In this document: piece by piece, positions 8,562 through 16,799 of the stretch | How the letters are laid out: each line of letters starts with the position of its first letter | How positions within the stretch are numbered: the first letter of the stretch is position 1 | Origin: Pseudomonadota bacterium | Lineage (GTDB): Bacteria; Desulfobacterota; JAPLJL01 | Reading direction: 5' to 3' | NCBI GenBank assembly: GCA_026388615.1 | Contig: JAPLJL010000023.1 | Coordinates: forward strand, 1-24,993 | Length of the DNA stretch: 24,993 nucleotides | Made by a program: the position numbers and the translations under genes | Notes under the pieces: model-generated | Told to the model about the DNA's origin: nothing | Seen by the model: only the letters and a program-made list of their open reading frames with translations | Database searches by the model: none

Positions 8562-9876
8562 TTAAAAGCTGTAGCGGAAGTTGAGGTAAACGCAGTCGTT
8601 CTGGGAGAAGTAACCGAAGATACTGTGCTGGGGTCCGTTCAGAAATGCCGCCCCCAGCGCGAGAGTCATCGAGTCCGTCAGGCTGTAATTCACCAAAAAA
8701 TCGATCAGATAATCATGGAACGCCAGGTTATAGGAAGCCCGGAGCTCAGGCTGGTACTGGCCTTCATCACCAAAAGAGGCCCGGGAAAAAAACACTAGAC
8801 TGGGCATGGATTCCTTGGCCACGTAAAGGCCGATCGGGGCGCCATTGACTGGATTAAGGGTTCTCTGATTCCAGTCCAGAATCAGGTTTTCCAGGATTTG
8901 AAAGTTTATATAGTACCGACCGTCAAAGAGTCGGTCCGCCCCCAGGCTGATCTGGAGAAAAGGCTTCCGGGTGATGGAATAATCCTCGTTCAAGAAGGAA
9001 AACTTTTCCCAGTGGGCGGTTTCGGCCCGGATCCCAAAACCGTGGATATAAATCCTGCCACGTATAAAGATAACTGAAACTGAAATCAAATCCGGCCCCG
9101 CTCCCGGAAACGCGGAAGCCGCCTTCCCCGTTTTTAGGGAAGGTTTGGGGGAATTTGTTGTTTTCTATGCTGAGTGAGCCATTCTGAAAATCGGCCAGGG
9201 CGTCCCGGGCGGTTTGAGGCCAGGTATCCGCAGGGTGCTTTTGCAGATAATCATGGATGAACCGGGGGTTGATCAGAGACCAGTTATCGCCGGCCGGGGG
9301 CAGCCGGACCGATTGATAAAAGGGAAGATAAACCCCCTCGACATTGAAGTCACCCAGGTAATATCTGGCCCGGGCCATCGGAACCGGGACCTTGATAAAT
9401 TCCTTTTCCGTAAAGATAAAATCCCGGAGATCCGGAGGATTCAGATTGTCGGTGGGACTGATATCGGCCCGGCCCCAGCGGGCGACCTGTTTCCCCAGTC
9501 TTAAATCAAGTTTGCCCAGGGTAATGTCGGTATAGGCCTCGAAAAGCTCGAGGTCGTAATAATTCGTAAAATAACCGACCTCATCGGCAAAAACCTTGTA
9601 GGAAGCCCGAGCCGAGATAGTCCAGCGGAGGCGGGATCCGGGATTAAAATCTCCCTTGAGAAAAACACCGTTCCGAAGTCCATAATCGGACTTCTGCGGA
9701 TTGTCATGGGAAGTATCCACGTTCAGCCGGCTGTGGAAAAATCCTCCCACGTGGGCACTGGATTCGGAGGAGGGAGCTGATGAAGTTTCCGCAGACTCTC
9801 CGGCCTGGGCGTAATTCGCGAAAAGGGCCCCGGCGGCAATCAACAGAATTCCTGGGATTATTCGAGATAATTTCAT
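8562..9876 (-). pseudogene. Outer-membrane beta-barrel protein (DUF1302-like), frameshifted near 9046-9054, probably with an internal deletion
   Basis: Signal peptide MKLSRII...YAQA; LFEAY, LRLGKQVARWG, DNLNPPDLRDF motifs in ORF 8923..9903; the C-terminal half (HGFGIRAETAH...YLNFRYSF, terminal Phe) lies in another frame (8562..9089). Confidence 0.72.
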
Positions 9877-10049
9877 CTTTCCATCTATTATAATCGTGGG
9901 CATGGCCGGGGGATAGAGAATGGCGGCAGGCGGAGAGGAAGACTTCCCTTTCCTTTTTGTTCTTATTACCTTAGCCTAGAATAAAGTTTTACCGCCTCCA
10001 GCGAATCGGGATTTTTTTATTTTCGGCCAACAAATATCGGGAGGTAAAA

Positions 10050-11135
10050 GTGGATATTTATGAGGAATTACAGAAGGTTCTTGACGCGCACCCGACCGGG
10101 GCGCCGAAATCAAAAATCTTTGATGAAATCCTCCGCCTGACCTTCACCCCCGAGGAAGCAGCCATCGCGAGCAAAATGTGCTTTTCCCCGCGCAGTATTG
10201 AGAGCATCAGCGCCGCCACCGGCGTGGAGCCGAAAAAACTCGAAGAGATGCTGGAGGCCATGGCCAACAAGATGGCGATTTTCTCCAACGAAAAAGGCGG
10301 GCAGCGCCTTTACGGCCTTATCCCGACCATTCCCGGGTTGTTTGAGTTCCCCTTCATGAAAGGCGGGGGAACACCCCGGCTGAAAAAGCTCGGCCAACTC
10401 TGGGAGAAATACCACCACGAGGCGATGGGGGCGGCCTTTGGGGCCACCAGCACCCCGCTGACCCGGGTAGTAACCGTGGGAAAAGCTTTGACTTCTCAGA
10501 ACCAGGCCCATCCCTACGAGGAAGTGGCGAATATCATTAAAAACGCGGAGACCATCGCCCTGGCCGAGTGCGCCTGCCGGTCCAGCCTCAACCACTGCGA
10601 TAAGCCCAAGGACGTCTGCCTCATCTTTGAATCGCCGGCGAAATTCCTGATCGCGCGCGGCTACGCCCGCGGCATTAGCAAGGAAGAAGCCATGAAAGTG
10701 CTCGACCGGGCCGAAAAAGCCGGGCTCGTTCACACCAGCAACAACAGCTCCGACAAAGCTTTCCTGATCTGCAACTGCTGTCCGTGCTGCTGCACTATTC
10801 TCCGCGGCCGCAGCCAGCTCCATCTCCCCCACGCTTTCGCAACCAGCGCCTTTATCCCCCGGGTGGACCCGAAGGATTGCAACGGCTGCGGGATCTGCGC
10901 GGAGGAGCGCTGCCCGATGCGGGCGATCGAAATGCGCAACGACGTCGCGGTGATCATCCCCGACAAATGCATCGGCTGCGGCCTCTGCGTGACCGGCTGC
11001 CCTGCCGAAGCAATCGTCCTCGAAAACCGCCCTGCGCCTTCGCACGAGATCTGCGCGAGCGGCACCGAAATGGGGATGAAGATCCTGCAGGAAAAAGGCA
11101 AGCTCGAGGAATACGTCGAAATCATGAAGCGCTGA
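10050..11135 (+). CDS. Uncharacterised multi-[4Fe-4S] protein (full-length cytoplasmic form)
   Basis: GGAGG RBS and GTG start; LTFTPEEA N-terminal domain, ECACR...C...C, ICNCCPCCC, CNGCGICAEERCP and CIGCGLCVTGCP. Confidence 0.88.
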   Translation: MDIYEELQKVLDAHPTGAPKSKIFDEILRLTFTPEEAAIASKMCFSPRSIESISAATGVEPKKLEEMLEAMANKMAIFSNEKGGQRLYGLIPTIPGLFEFPFMKGGGTPRLKKLGQLWEKYHHEAMGAAFGATSTPLTRVVTVGKALTSQNQAHPYEEVANIIKNAETIALAECACRSSLNHCDKPKDVCLIFESPAKFLIARGYARGISKEEAMKVLDRAEKAGLVHTSNNSSDKAFLICNCCPCCCTILRGRSQLHLPHAFATSAFIPRVDPKDCNGCGICAEERCPMRAIEMRNDVAVIIPDKCIGCGLCVTGCPAEAIVLENRPAPSHEICASGTEMGMKILQEKGKLEEYVEIMKR

Positions 11136-11156
11136 ACCATAACCGATCGGAAAGCC

Positions 11157-11193
11157 AGATCCTTCTCCCGCCCGAGGCGGGATCAGGATGACA
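11157..11193. repeat. Small nested palindromic element: AGATCCTTC-[TCCCGCCCGAGGCGGGA]-TCAGGATGACA
   Basis: Outer ATCCT/AGGAT stem enclosing an inner TCCCGC/GCGGGA hairpin. Confidence 0.6.
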
Positions 11194-11199
11194 TTTTAA

Positions 11200-11841
11200 A
11201 TGGAATATTTAAAAGACCTGATCGAGATTTTCTTCCATATCGATAAGCACCTGGGCACCGTGATCCAGATGTTCGGGATCTGGACCTACCTGATCCTCTT
11301 TGTCACGATCTTTTCCGAAACCGGCCTGGTGGTCACGCCCTTTCTCCCTGGGGATTCCCTCCTTTTCGCCGCGGGCAGTATCGCGGCCCTCGGGTCCCTC
11401 AACCCGCATTCCCTTTTCCTCCTGCTGACCGTCGCCGCGGTAGCGGGAAACATGGTCAACTACACAATCGGGAAATTCATCGGGCCCAAGATCTTCGCCC
11501 GGGAGGATGTCCGTTTCCTGAACAAAAAATACCTGGACCAAGCCCACGCTTTTTATGAAAAACACGGGGGCAAGGCCGTGATTATCGCCCGCTTCGCCCC
11601 CATCATCCGCACCTTTGTGCCCTTCGTGGCCGGAATCGCCAAAATGACCTATCTCCGGTATTCCATTTACAACATTGTCAGCAGCGTTGCCTGGGTCGCG
11701 CTTTTCATTTACGCCGGTTATTACTTCGGAACCATCCCGGTGGTGCAGAAACACTTCTCCCTCGTAATCATGGCCATCATTGTTATTTCGCTGGTGCCCG
11801 CGGTTTGGGGATACCTCAAAGCCAGAAAAGGAACAAATTAA
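11200..11841 (+). CDS. dedA: DedA family membrane protein
   Basis: FSETGLVVTPFLPGDSLLFAAG, YEKHGGKAVIIARFAPIIRTFVPFVAG signature. Confidence 0.95.
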   Translation: MEYLKDLIEIFFHIDKHLGTVIQMFGIWTYLILFVTIFSETGLVVTPFLPGDSLLFAAGSIAALGSLNPHSLFLLLTVAAVAGNMVNYTIGKFIGPKIFAREDVRFLNKKYLDQAHAFYEKHGGKAVIIARFAPIIRTFVPFVAGIAKMTYLRYSIYNIVSSVAWVALFIYAGYYFGTIPVVQKHFSLVIMAIIVISLVPAVWGYLKARKGTN

Positions 11842-12073
11842 TCACTTCCGTCACCTTTTCCAACCCGTCTGCCCTGAGCAAAAGGAAGAGTCTCCCGGGT
11901 AGGTCGAAGCGAACCCCACACCTTTGGTGGGGCACGCAAAGCATCTTTAAAAGACTACTCATTATTGTTTTCTTTGGTATTACCGGAGGCCGGGGGGCTA
12001 TCGCATGGCGCGCGGAGTATCCCAAACTTCGCCCGTTTAGCTTACTTCTTCGCCAAAGCATTTTTTTCTTTTT

Positions 12074-12227
12074 GGGGGGTTGGTCTCGCTCCCCAAATAA
12101 TGTGTGCGATCACGTAATCCCGGGCGGCGGGCTCGCTAAGCCTCGCCTTCGTTGAAGAATATCCAAGGTTCATCGAGTTTATCGAAGCTGGTCTATAAAG
12201 AATTTGTGTCGCGAGGACCAACCCCCC
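12074..12227. repeat. Long-range inverted repeat closing a 154-nt segment in a 520-bp intergenic region (possible structured RNA or MITE relic)
   Basis: GGGGGGTTGGTC-TCGC (12074-12089) pairs with GCGA-G-GACCAACCCCCC (12211-12227). Confidence 0.6.
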
Positions 12228-12278
12228 GGGCTTCCTTAAAACCCAACACCTAACATCTGTTTTTTATTACCAATCCCT

Positions 12279-12306
12279 TACGCCTCACGTTTCACGCTTT
12301 ACGCCT
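12279..12306. repeat. Degenerate heptamer tandem repeat (4 x 7 bp)
   Basis: TACGCCT CACGTTT CACGCTT TACGCCT; a second tract AAAACCC AACACCT AACATCT lies at 12238..12258. Confidence 0.7.
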
Positions 12307-12364
12307 AAAAGAGTGCGCGGAGCGAAAGCCCCAAAAAAAAAGAAAAAAAGGAGCTCTTTGCCGC

Positions 12365-12754
12365 CTACAAGCCTTGACGCCGTTTGAGGGCAGCGAGGGA
12401 TTCCGCCGTAAGCTCCTCGTCGGTTTTGAAAAGCTCCGGGTGCTCATAATGCAGCTCTGTGATCTGCCGCATTAAATCGTAGCGGTATTCATTCGGCCAT
12501 TCGCATTTCCCGGGACAGCTGGGGACCAGGTGATAGCCGCAATAAATATTGCTGAAGGCAACCCTGACGCTGATTTTCCCGGCGCAGATGGGGCAAGCCA
12601 GCTTGGGATCAGGCCCGCCGGCAACGGTAACCGGAGCGGGAGCGGAGACGGGGGGCGGGGCGGTGATTTTCTTCGGCCGGGATTTATTTTCTCCGGCCTG
12701 CTTTTTTGCCGAACCTTCCTTCTTCGCCGCGCTTCTTTTTTTAGTGCTCTTCAT
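12365..12754 (-). CDS. Hypothetical 129-aa protein: Lys/Ala-rich disordered N-terminus plus Cys-rich putative Zn-binding domain
   Basis: CPIC, YCGYH and CPGKC motifs; occupies otherwise gene-free space; plausible composition. Confidence 0.7.
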   Translation of the reverse strand: MKSTKKRSAAKKEGSAKKQAGENKSRPKKITAPPPVSAPAPVTVAGGPDPKLACPICAGKISVRVAFSNIYCGYHLVPSCPGKCEWPNEYRYDLMRQITELHYEHPELFKTDEELTAESLAALKRRQGL

Positions 12755-12805
12755 ATTTTTAATACTTATCTGAATGAAAGGATAAAGGCAACACCTCTAA
12801 ATAAA

Positions 12806-12830
12806 AGGGAGCCAGTTTAATGGCTCCCCT
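12806..12830. repeat. AGGGAGCC-family hairpin repeat
   Basis: GGGAGCCA-GTTTAA-TGGCTCCC; related to 16666..16692 and 17750..17777. Confidence 0.7.
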
Positions 12831-12835
12831 ATTTA

Positions 12836-12858
12836 GCCCGATAAATCGGGCAACTACA
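12836..12858 (-). repeat. Single REP-like unit (TGTAG-TT-GCCCGATTTATCGGGC on the minus strand)
   Basis: GCCCGATAAATCGGGCAACTACA; uninterrupted form of the palindrome found in the 80-bp doublets. Confidence 0.85.
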
Positions 12859-12949
12859 ATAATCTCAGACTCCCTTACTTAGCCCGATCCTGCCCTGGAC
12901 GGGAAAAGTAATTCAGGCGGTTATGTTAAGTTCAGATTGCCCTTATCAA

Positions 12950-14365
12950 TCAGGCCGGGCTTTTCGAGGCCTTCCCCAGCCGGATCCCCTTGAGGTAGGA
13001 GAGATATTCCTGATTGACCCCGCCGAATTTTCTCACGATGGCCCGGGCCTTCATCTTGATCACGGCGCTCTCCAGCGAATTGTAACTGAGCCGGGCAAAA
13101 ACCGAGGAAGCCTTCTCTTGAGCGGTCTCGAAGAAAACGTTGATCCCGTCATTCATGATATTCAGGTAGGAATAAAAATCCTGATAGGCCTCGAGCATCC
13201 CATCCTGGAGTTCGGAGGGAGGCAGAACCCGGGGCTGGAAAACCGCGTGCATCCCGTCGTAATAACTCCACATCCGGTGGAGGAGACGGTTCTCCTGCTC
13301 GAGTTTCTTGAACAGCTGAGTTCCCGGCAGGGGGGTCAAAATCATGAACTGAACCGAGGAAATATGGTTTTCCCGGCAGAAAGCGGACGTCTCCTCAAAA
13401 ACCTTGGGGGTATCCTCGTCGCTCCCGAACATGAACATCCCGTGGATGTTGATCTTGTGCTTATGGAAAATGCGGATGGCCTTCTCCACGTCCTCCCGGG
13501 TCTGTTTTTTCTTCATGGCCGCCAGGGTTTCCGAATTTATGGATTCGAAGCCGACGTAGACCCGGTTACAGCCGGTGCGGCGCATCTTGGCCACCAGATC
13601 CGGATCCTGGGTGACGTCGGCCCGGACCTGGGCGGACCAGTGGAGCTTGACCTTGGACGCGATCATCTGATCCAGCAGGGCGTGGGTCCGCTTGCGGTTG
13701 GCAGTGAAGTTGTCGTCGTAGAAAAAGACCTGCCGGGTGGGAGCCTGGGCCAGCTCTTCCATCACCCTCTCCACCGAAGTAGCCCGGTAGCCCCGGCCGA
13801 ACATCTCGGTCACAGAGCAGAAGTTGCAGCCGAAGGGACATCCCCGGGAGGTGATGACCGGCGTGATCTTAAGTTTCCGGTGCCCCACCAGCAGGGAAAA
13901 ATCCGGGACCGGAACATCATCCAGGTTTTCGATCCGGGAACCGGTTACGATTTTCTGGTCGCTCCCGTATTTGACCAGGTCGGCGATGATCCCCTCCCCT
14001 TCCCCGACCACCACGTTATCGGCGAAGGGAGCGGCCTCCTCCGGCAGGAAGGAAGGATGAATCCCCCCGATGATCACCCGGGAGCCCGGGTTGAGCGCCC
14101 GGAATTTCTGGGCGAGCTCGTAACCGCGCTCGGCCGTGGGGGTGAGCAGGGAAAGCAGCAGGTAATCCGCCTTCAGGTCGCTCATGGTCAAATCCCGGCC
14201 GAGAAGATTCTCGTTCATGACCTTGACCTCGTAGCCAGCCCGTTTCAGGATGGTTCCCAGGTAAAGCGTTCCCATCAGGGGCAGGCGCAGATATTCCGCA
14301 AAAACGTTGGCCGGCACCCCCCGGGGTTCAACGATTATTATTTGTTTACCCATTTGTTTTCCCAT
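12950..14365 (-). CDS. B12-binding domain radical SAM protein
   Basis: IIGGIHPSF..EE...ADNVVVGEGE, SRGCPFGCNFC, FYDDNF, VGFES, LTPLPGT; GGAGG RBS before the Met at 14365 (alternative start 14353). Confidence 0.92.
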   Translation of the reverse strand: MGKQMGKQIIIVEPRGVPANVFAEYLRLPLMGTLYLGTILKRAGYEVKVMNENLLGRDLTMSDLKADYLLLSLLTPTAERGYELAQKFRALNPGSRVIIGGIHPSFLPEEAAPFADNVVVGEGEGIIADLVKYGSDQKIVTGSRIENLDDVPVPDFSLLVGHRKLKITPVITSRGCPFGCNFCSVTEMFGRGYRATSVERVMEELAQAPTRQVFFYDDNFTANRKRTHALLDQMIASKVKLHWSAQVRADVTQDPDLVAKMRRTGCNRVYVGFESINSETLAAMKKKQTREDVEKAIRIFHKHKINIHGMFMFGSDEDTPKVFEETSAFCRENHISSVQFMILTPLPGTQLFKKLEQENRLLHRMWSYYDGMHAVFQPRVLPPSELQDGMLEAYQDFYSYLNIMNDGINVFFETAQEKASSVFARLSYNSLESAVIKMKARAIVRKFGGVNQEYLSYLKGIRLGKASKSPA

Positions 14366-14840
14366 CTTGATCAAACCTCCCAACTAATAGTAGGCAGATA
14401 CCGAATAAAACCAAGGATATCGGCCAAAGTTTAGAATCCGCCGAAAACGCCAGAATAAAAACCAGGGAAAGAAAAATCAGAAAGAGGGCGATGAAAATAA
14501 AGATTCCCCGCTTCTTCCCGAAAATAACCGGGGCGAGAAAGGAGAGCCCCAGGAACCCGATGAACAGGGGCCAAGCATCGGTCAGAATGTTCCAGGAAGT
14601 GTAATTCAGGAAAAGGAAGAAGAAACTGATGCAGATGAAATAGGTCCCGATCCCCAACAGGACGATTTCGAAGCGCTGTTTCTTGAAATAAAGCAGGCAG
14701 AGTCCGGCCCCGACGATCAGGGGAAAAACCGGCCAGAGCTTCCAAACCCCGTGAAGATACTCGTAGGTATTCAGGAGCATGAGCGCGCCGCAGATGATGG
14801 AAATAATGGCCAGGGGCCGATAACGAAATTTGGTTTTCAT
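14346..14840 (-). CDS. Small polytopic membrane protein, LiaF/LiaI-like TM repeats
   Basis: About 6 hydrophobic helices with three W-P repeats (LWPVF, AWPLF, LWPIS); 3' end overlaps the radical SAM start, indicating an operon. Confidence 0.75.
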   Translation of the reverse strand: MKTKFRYRPLAIISIICGALMLLNTYEYLHGVWKLWPVFPLIVGAGLCLLYFKKQRFEIVLLGIGTYFICISFFFLFLNYTSWNILTDAWPLFIGFLGLSFLAPVIFGKKRGIFIFIALFLIFLSLVFILAFSADSKLWPISLVLFGICLLLVGRFDQDGKTNG

Positions 14841-15100
14841 TTTGATAAACCCAAGGTGTTCTGGCGATGATTTTGTCGGAAAAATGAAGTCTGGGCCGGT
14901 TCACACTTGTGTCCTCAATTAAAACATAACTTACCAGAAACCCGAATAGTTATATAAATAATTAGTATTAAACGGTCTTTTTTACCTTTTTCCGGTAGTT
15001 TTCCAGCTGAGAATGGGCCGGACACCATGAGGATTTTCCGAATCAATTGCCCGAAATCTTCGGTTGAATTCGTCCTCCCATCTTTCCGGGCGGATTTTAT

Positions 15101-15180
15101 TGTAGCCTGCCGATTTACGTGTCCCGCTACTGAACGGGATCGGCGGGTTTTAAAGCAGCCCGATAAATCGGGCAACTGCA
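15101..15180 (+). repeat. 80-bp REP-like doublet, second copy
   Basis: TGTAGCCTGCCGATTT[22-nt insert]ATCGGC...GCCCGATAAATCGGGCAACTGCA. Confidence 0.85.
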
Positions 15181-15228
15181 GGGAAAGAGAAAACATCGAC
15201 TGTATTAGAAAAAATTTGCATAAGAACG

Positions 15229-15257
15229 TTGACATTTCCGGAGAGGTTTATTAGATA
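15229..15257 (+). promoter_or_regulatory. Putative sigma70 promoter of the acyl-CoA dehydrogenase
   Basis: Perfect TTGACA, 17-nt spacer, TAGATA (weak -10). Confidence 0.4.
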
Positions 15258-15297
15258 TTGAGGGCCGTTTTAGACCAACCAGAAAGGAGTAATAGAT

Positions 15298-16446
15298 ATG
15301 CCGCTCAAGTACACCGAAGACCATGAGATTTTCCGGACTTCCCTGAAGAAATTCTTCGAGAAAGAAGTCACCCCGCACGCCATGGAATGGAAGGAAAAGG
15401 GCGATGTGCCCCACGAGATCTGGAAGAAGATGGGGCAACAGGGGTTCCTCGGCTACTTCGCCCCGCCCGAATACGGCGGTTCCGGCCTGGATTTCAGCTA
15501 TTCCGTGGTTCTCCTGGAAGAGATGACCGGCACCTCCAGCGATCTTGCTCTCAACATCGGGGTGTGTAACGACGTGGCCGTCCCCTATATCCTCCACAGC
15601 GGTTCGGAAGAACAGAAAAAGAAATACCTCACCCGGTACTGCGCGGGCGAATGCATCGTAGCCATCGCCATGACCGAGCCCGGGGCCGGGAGCGACCTGC
15701 AGGCCATCCGCTCCACCGCCATCCGGAAAGGCGATCATTACATCGTCAACGGCCAGAAGACCTTCATTTCCAACGGCTACCACTGCGACATGGCCATCGT
15801 GGCGGTCAAGACGGATCCCAAGGCCAATCCTCCTTACACCGGCATCTCCCTGATCCTGGTCGATGCCGGCACCCCCGGCTTCAATAAAGGCCGCAAGCTC
15901 GACAAGATGGGCGTGAAAGCCGCGGACACCGCCGAGCTTTCCTTCGAGGACTGCAAGGTTCCGGTGGAGAACCTGCTCGGGGCGGAGGGGACCGGGTTCT
16001 TCACCCTGATGCAGAACCTCCAGCAAGAGCGCCTGGTCGGCGCCATCGGGGCCGTCCTGGGTTCGGATAAGATCCTGGCCCAAACCATCGAGTACACCAA
16101 AACCCGCGAGGCTTTCGGGCGCCCGATCTGCAAGTTCCAACACAACGCCTTCAAGCTCGTGGAAATGGCCACCGAGATCGAGATGGCCAAGGTGTTCACC
16201 TACAAGCTGATCGACCAGTTCCTCGACGGCGAAGACATCACCAAGGCCGTCTCCATGGCCAAGTGGTACAACAGCGAGATGCTGAACCGGGTCTGCTACC
16301 AGTGCGTCCAGCTCTACGGCGGCTACGGCTACATGATGGAATACCCGGTGGCCCACGCCTACGTGGACGCCCGGCTCCAGACCATCGCCGCCGGCACCAC
16401 CGAAATCATGAAGCTGATCATCGCCCGGATGATGGGACTATTATAA
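15298..16446 (+). CDS. Acyl-CoA dehydrogenase (LCAD-like subgroup), paralog A
   Basis: AIAMTEPGAGSDL, NGQKTFISNG, QQERL, REAFGRPI.KFQ, QLYGGYGYMMEY, IAAGTTEIMK; AAGGAG RBS. Confidence 0.96.
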   Translation: MPLKYTEDHEIFRTSLKKFFEKEVTPHAMEWKEKGDVPHEIWKKMGQQGFLGYFAPPEYGGSGLDFSYSVVLLEEMTGTSSDLALNIGVCNDVAVPYILHSGSEEQKKKYLTRYCAGECIVAIAMTEPGAGSDLQAIRSTAIRKGDHYIVNGQKTFISNGYHCDMAIVAVKTDPKANPPYTGISLILVDAGTPGFNKGRKLDKMGVKAADTAELSFEDCKVPVENLLGAEGTGFFTLMQNLQQERLVGAIGAVLGSDKILAQTIEYTKTREAFGRPICKFQHNAFKLVEMATEIEMAKVFTYKLIDQFLDGEDITKAVSMAKWYNSEMLNRVCYQCVQLYGGYGYMMEYPVAHAYVDARLQTIAAGTTEIMKLIIARMMGLL

Positions 16447-16458
16447 GAAAGAGCGAGA

Positions 16459-16520
16459 TCCTCCTTCGCTAACCTGTCCTACGCCTAGGCTTCGGAGGAC
16501 GGGAGCTCCGGAGGACAAGC
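16459..16520. repeat. Self-nested palindromic element
   Basis: Outer TCCTCCTTCGCTAA|AGCTCCGGAGGAC interrupted by inner CCTGTCCTACGCCTAGGCTTCGGAGGACGGG (16473-16503); both end in CGGAGGAC. Confidence 0.65.
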
Positions 16521-16665
16521 ACGCGAGAAAAAGTTAACGCGAGAAACGGAAAGATTTCTTTATTGCCCCTAATAATCAATTTTTCCAAGGGTCCAGGACA
16601 CGCGGATCCTAATTCTTCCACGTGAAAAACATTTCAGGTCATGAACACCTTTGCTGGCCGCCCTC

Positions 16666-16692
16666 AGGTAGTCAGTTGAATGGCTCCCCTAC
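16666..16692. repeat. Degenerate AGGGAGCC-family repeat ending in CCCCTAC (GTAG on the minus strand)
   Basis: AGGTAGTCAGTTGAATGGCTCCCCTAC vs AGGGAGCCAGTTTAATGGCTCCCCTAT at 12806. Confidence 0.65.
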
Positions 16693-16739
16693 GAAAAAAA
16701 TTCTTTTTTGCGCAGCCTAAATACGACTCATATTATTCT

Positions 16740-16779
16740 AACGAGAAAGGGCGGCACTTAAATGCCGCCCTTTCTCGTT
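16740..16779 (-). terminator. Strong hairpin downstream of the MaoC hydratase gene (likely terminator)
   Basis: Perfect 17-bp inverted repeat AACGAGAAAGGGCGGCA / TGCCGCCCTTTCTCGTT with a 6-nt loop. Confidence 0.7.
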
Positions 16780-16799
16780 GCTCATTGCTCGTTGCTTTT

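Noticed and set aside
11910-11935. IS200/IS605-type end hairpin (GAACCCCACACCTTTGGTGGGG)
   Set aside because: Superficial resemblance only; no tnpA/tnpB or partner end in the window.
12074-12227. Firm 6S RNA, SRP, tmRNA or RNase P call
   Set aside because: Only the closing stem is clear; no diagnostic conserved motif was recognised, so it is reported as an inverted repeat only.
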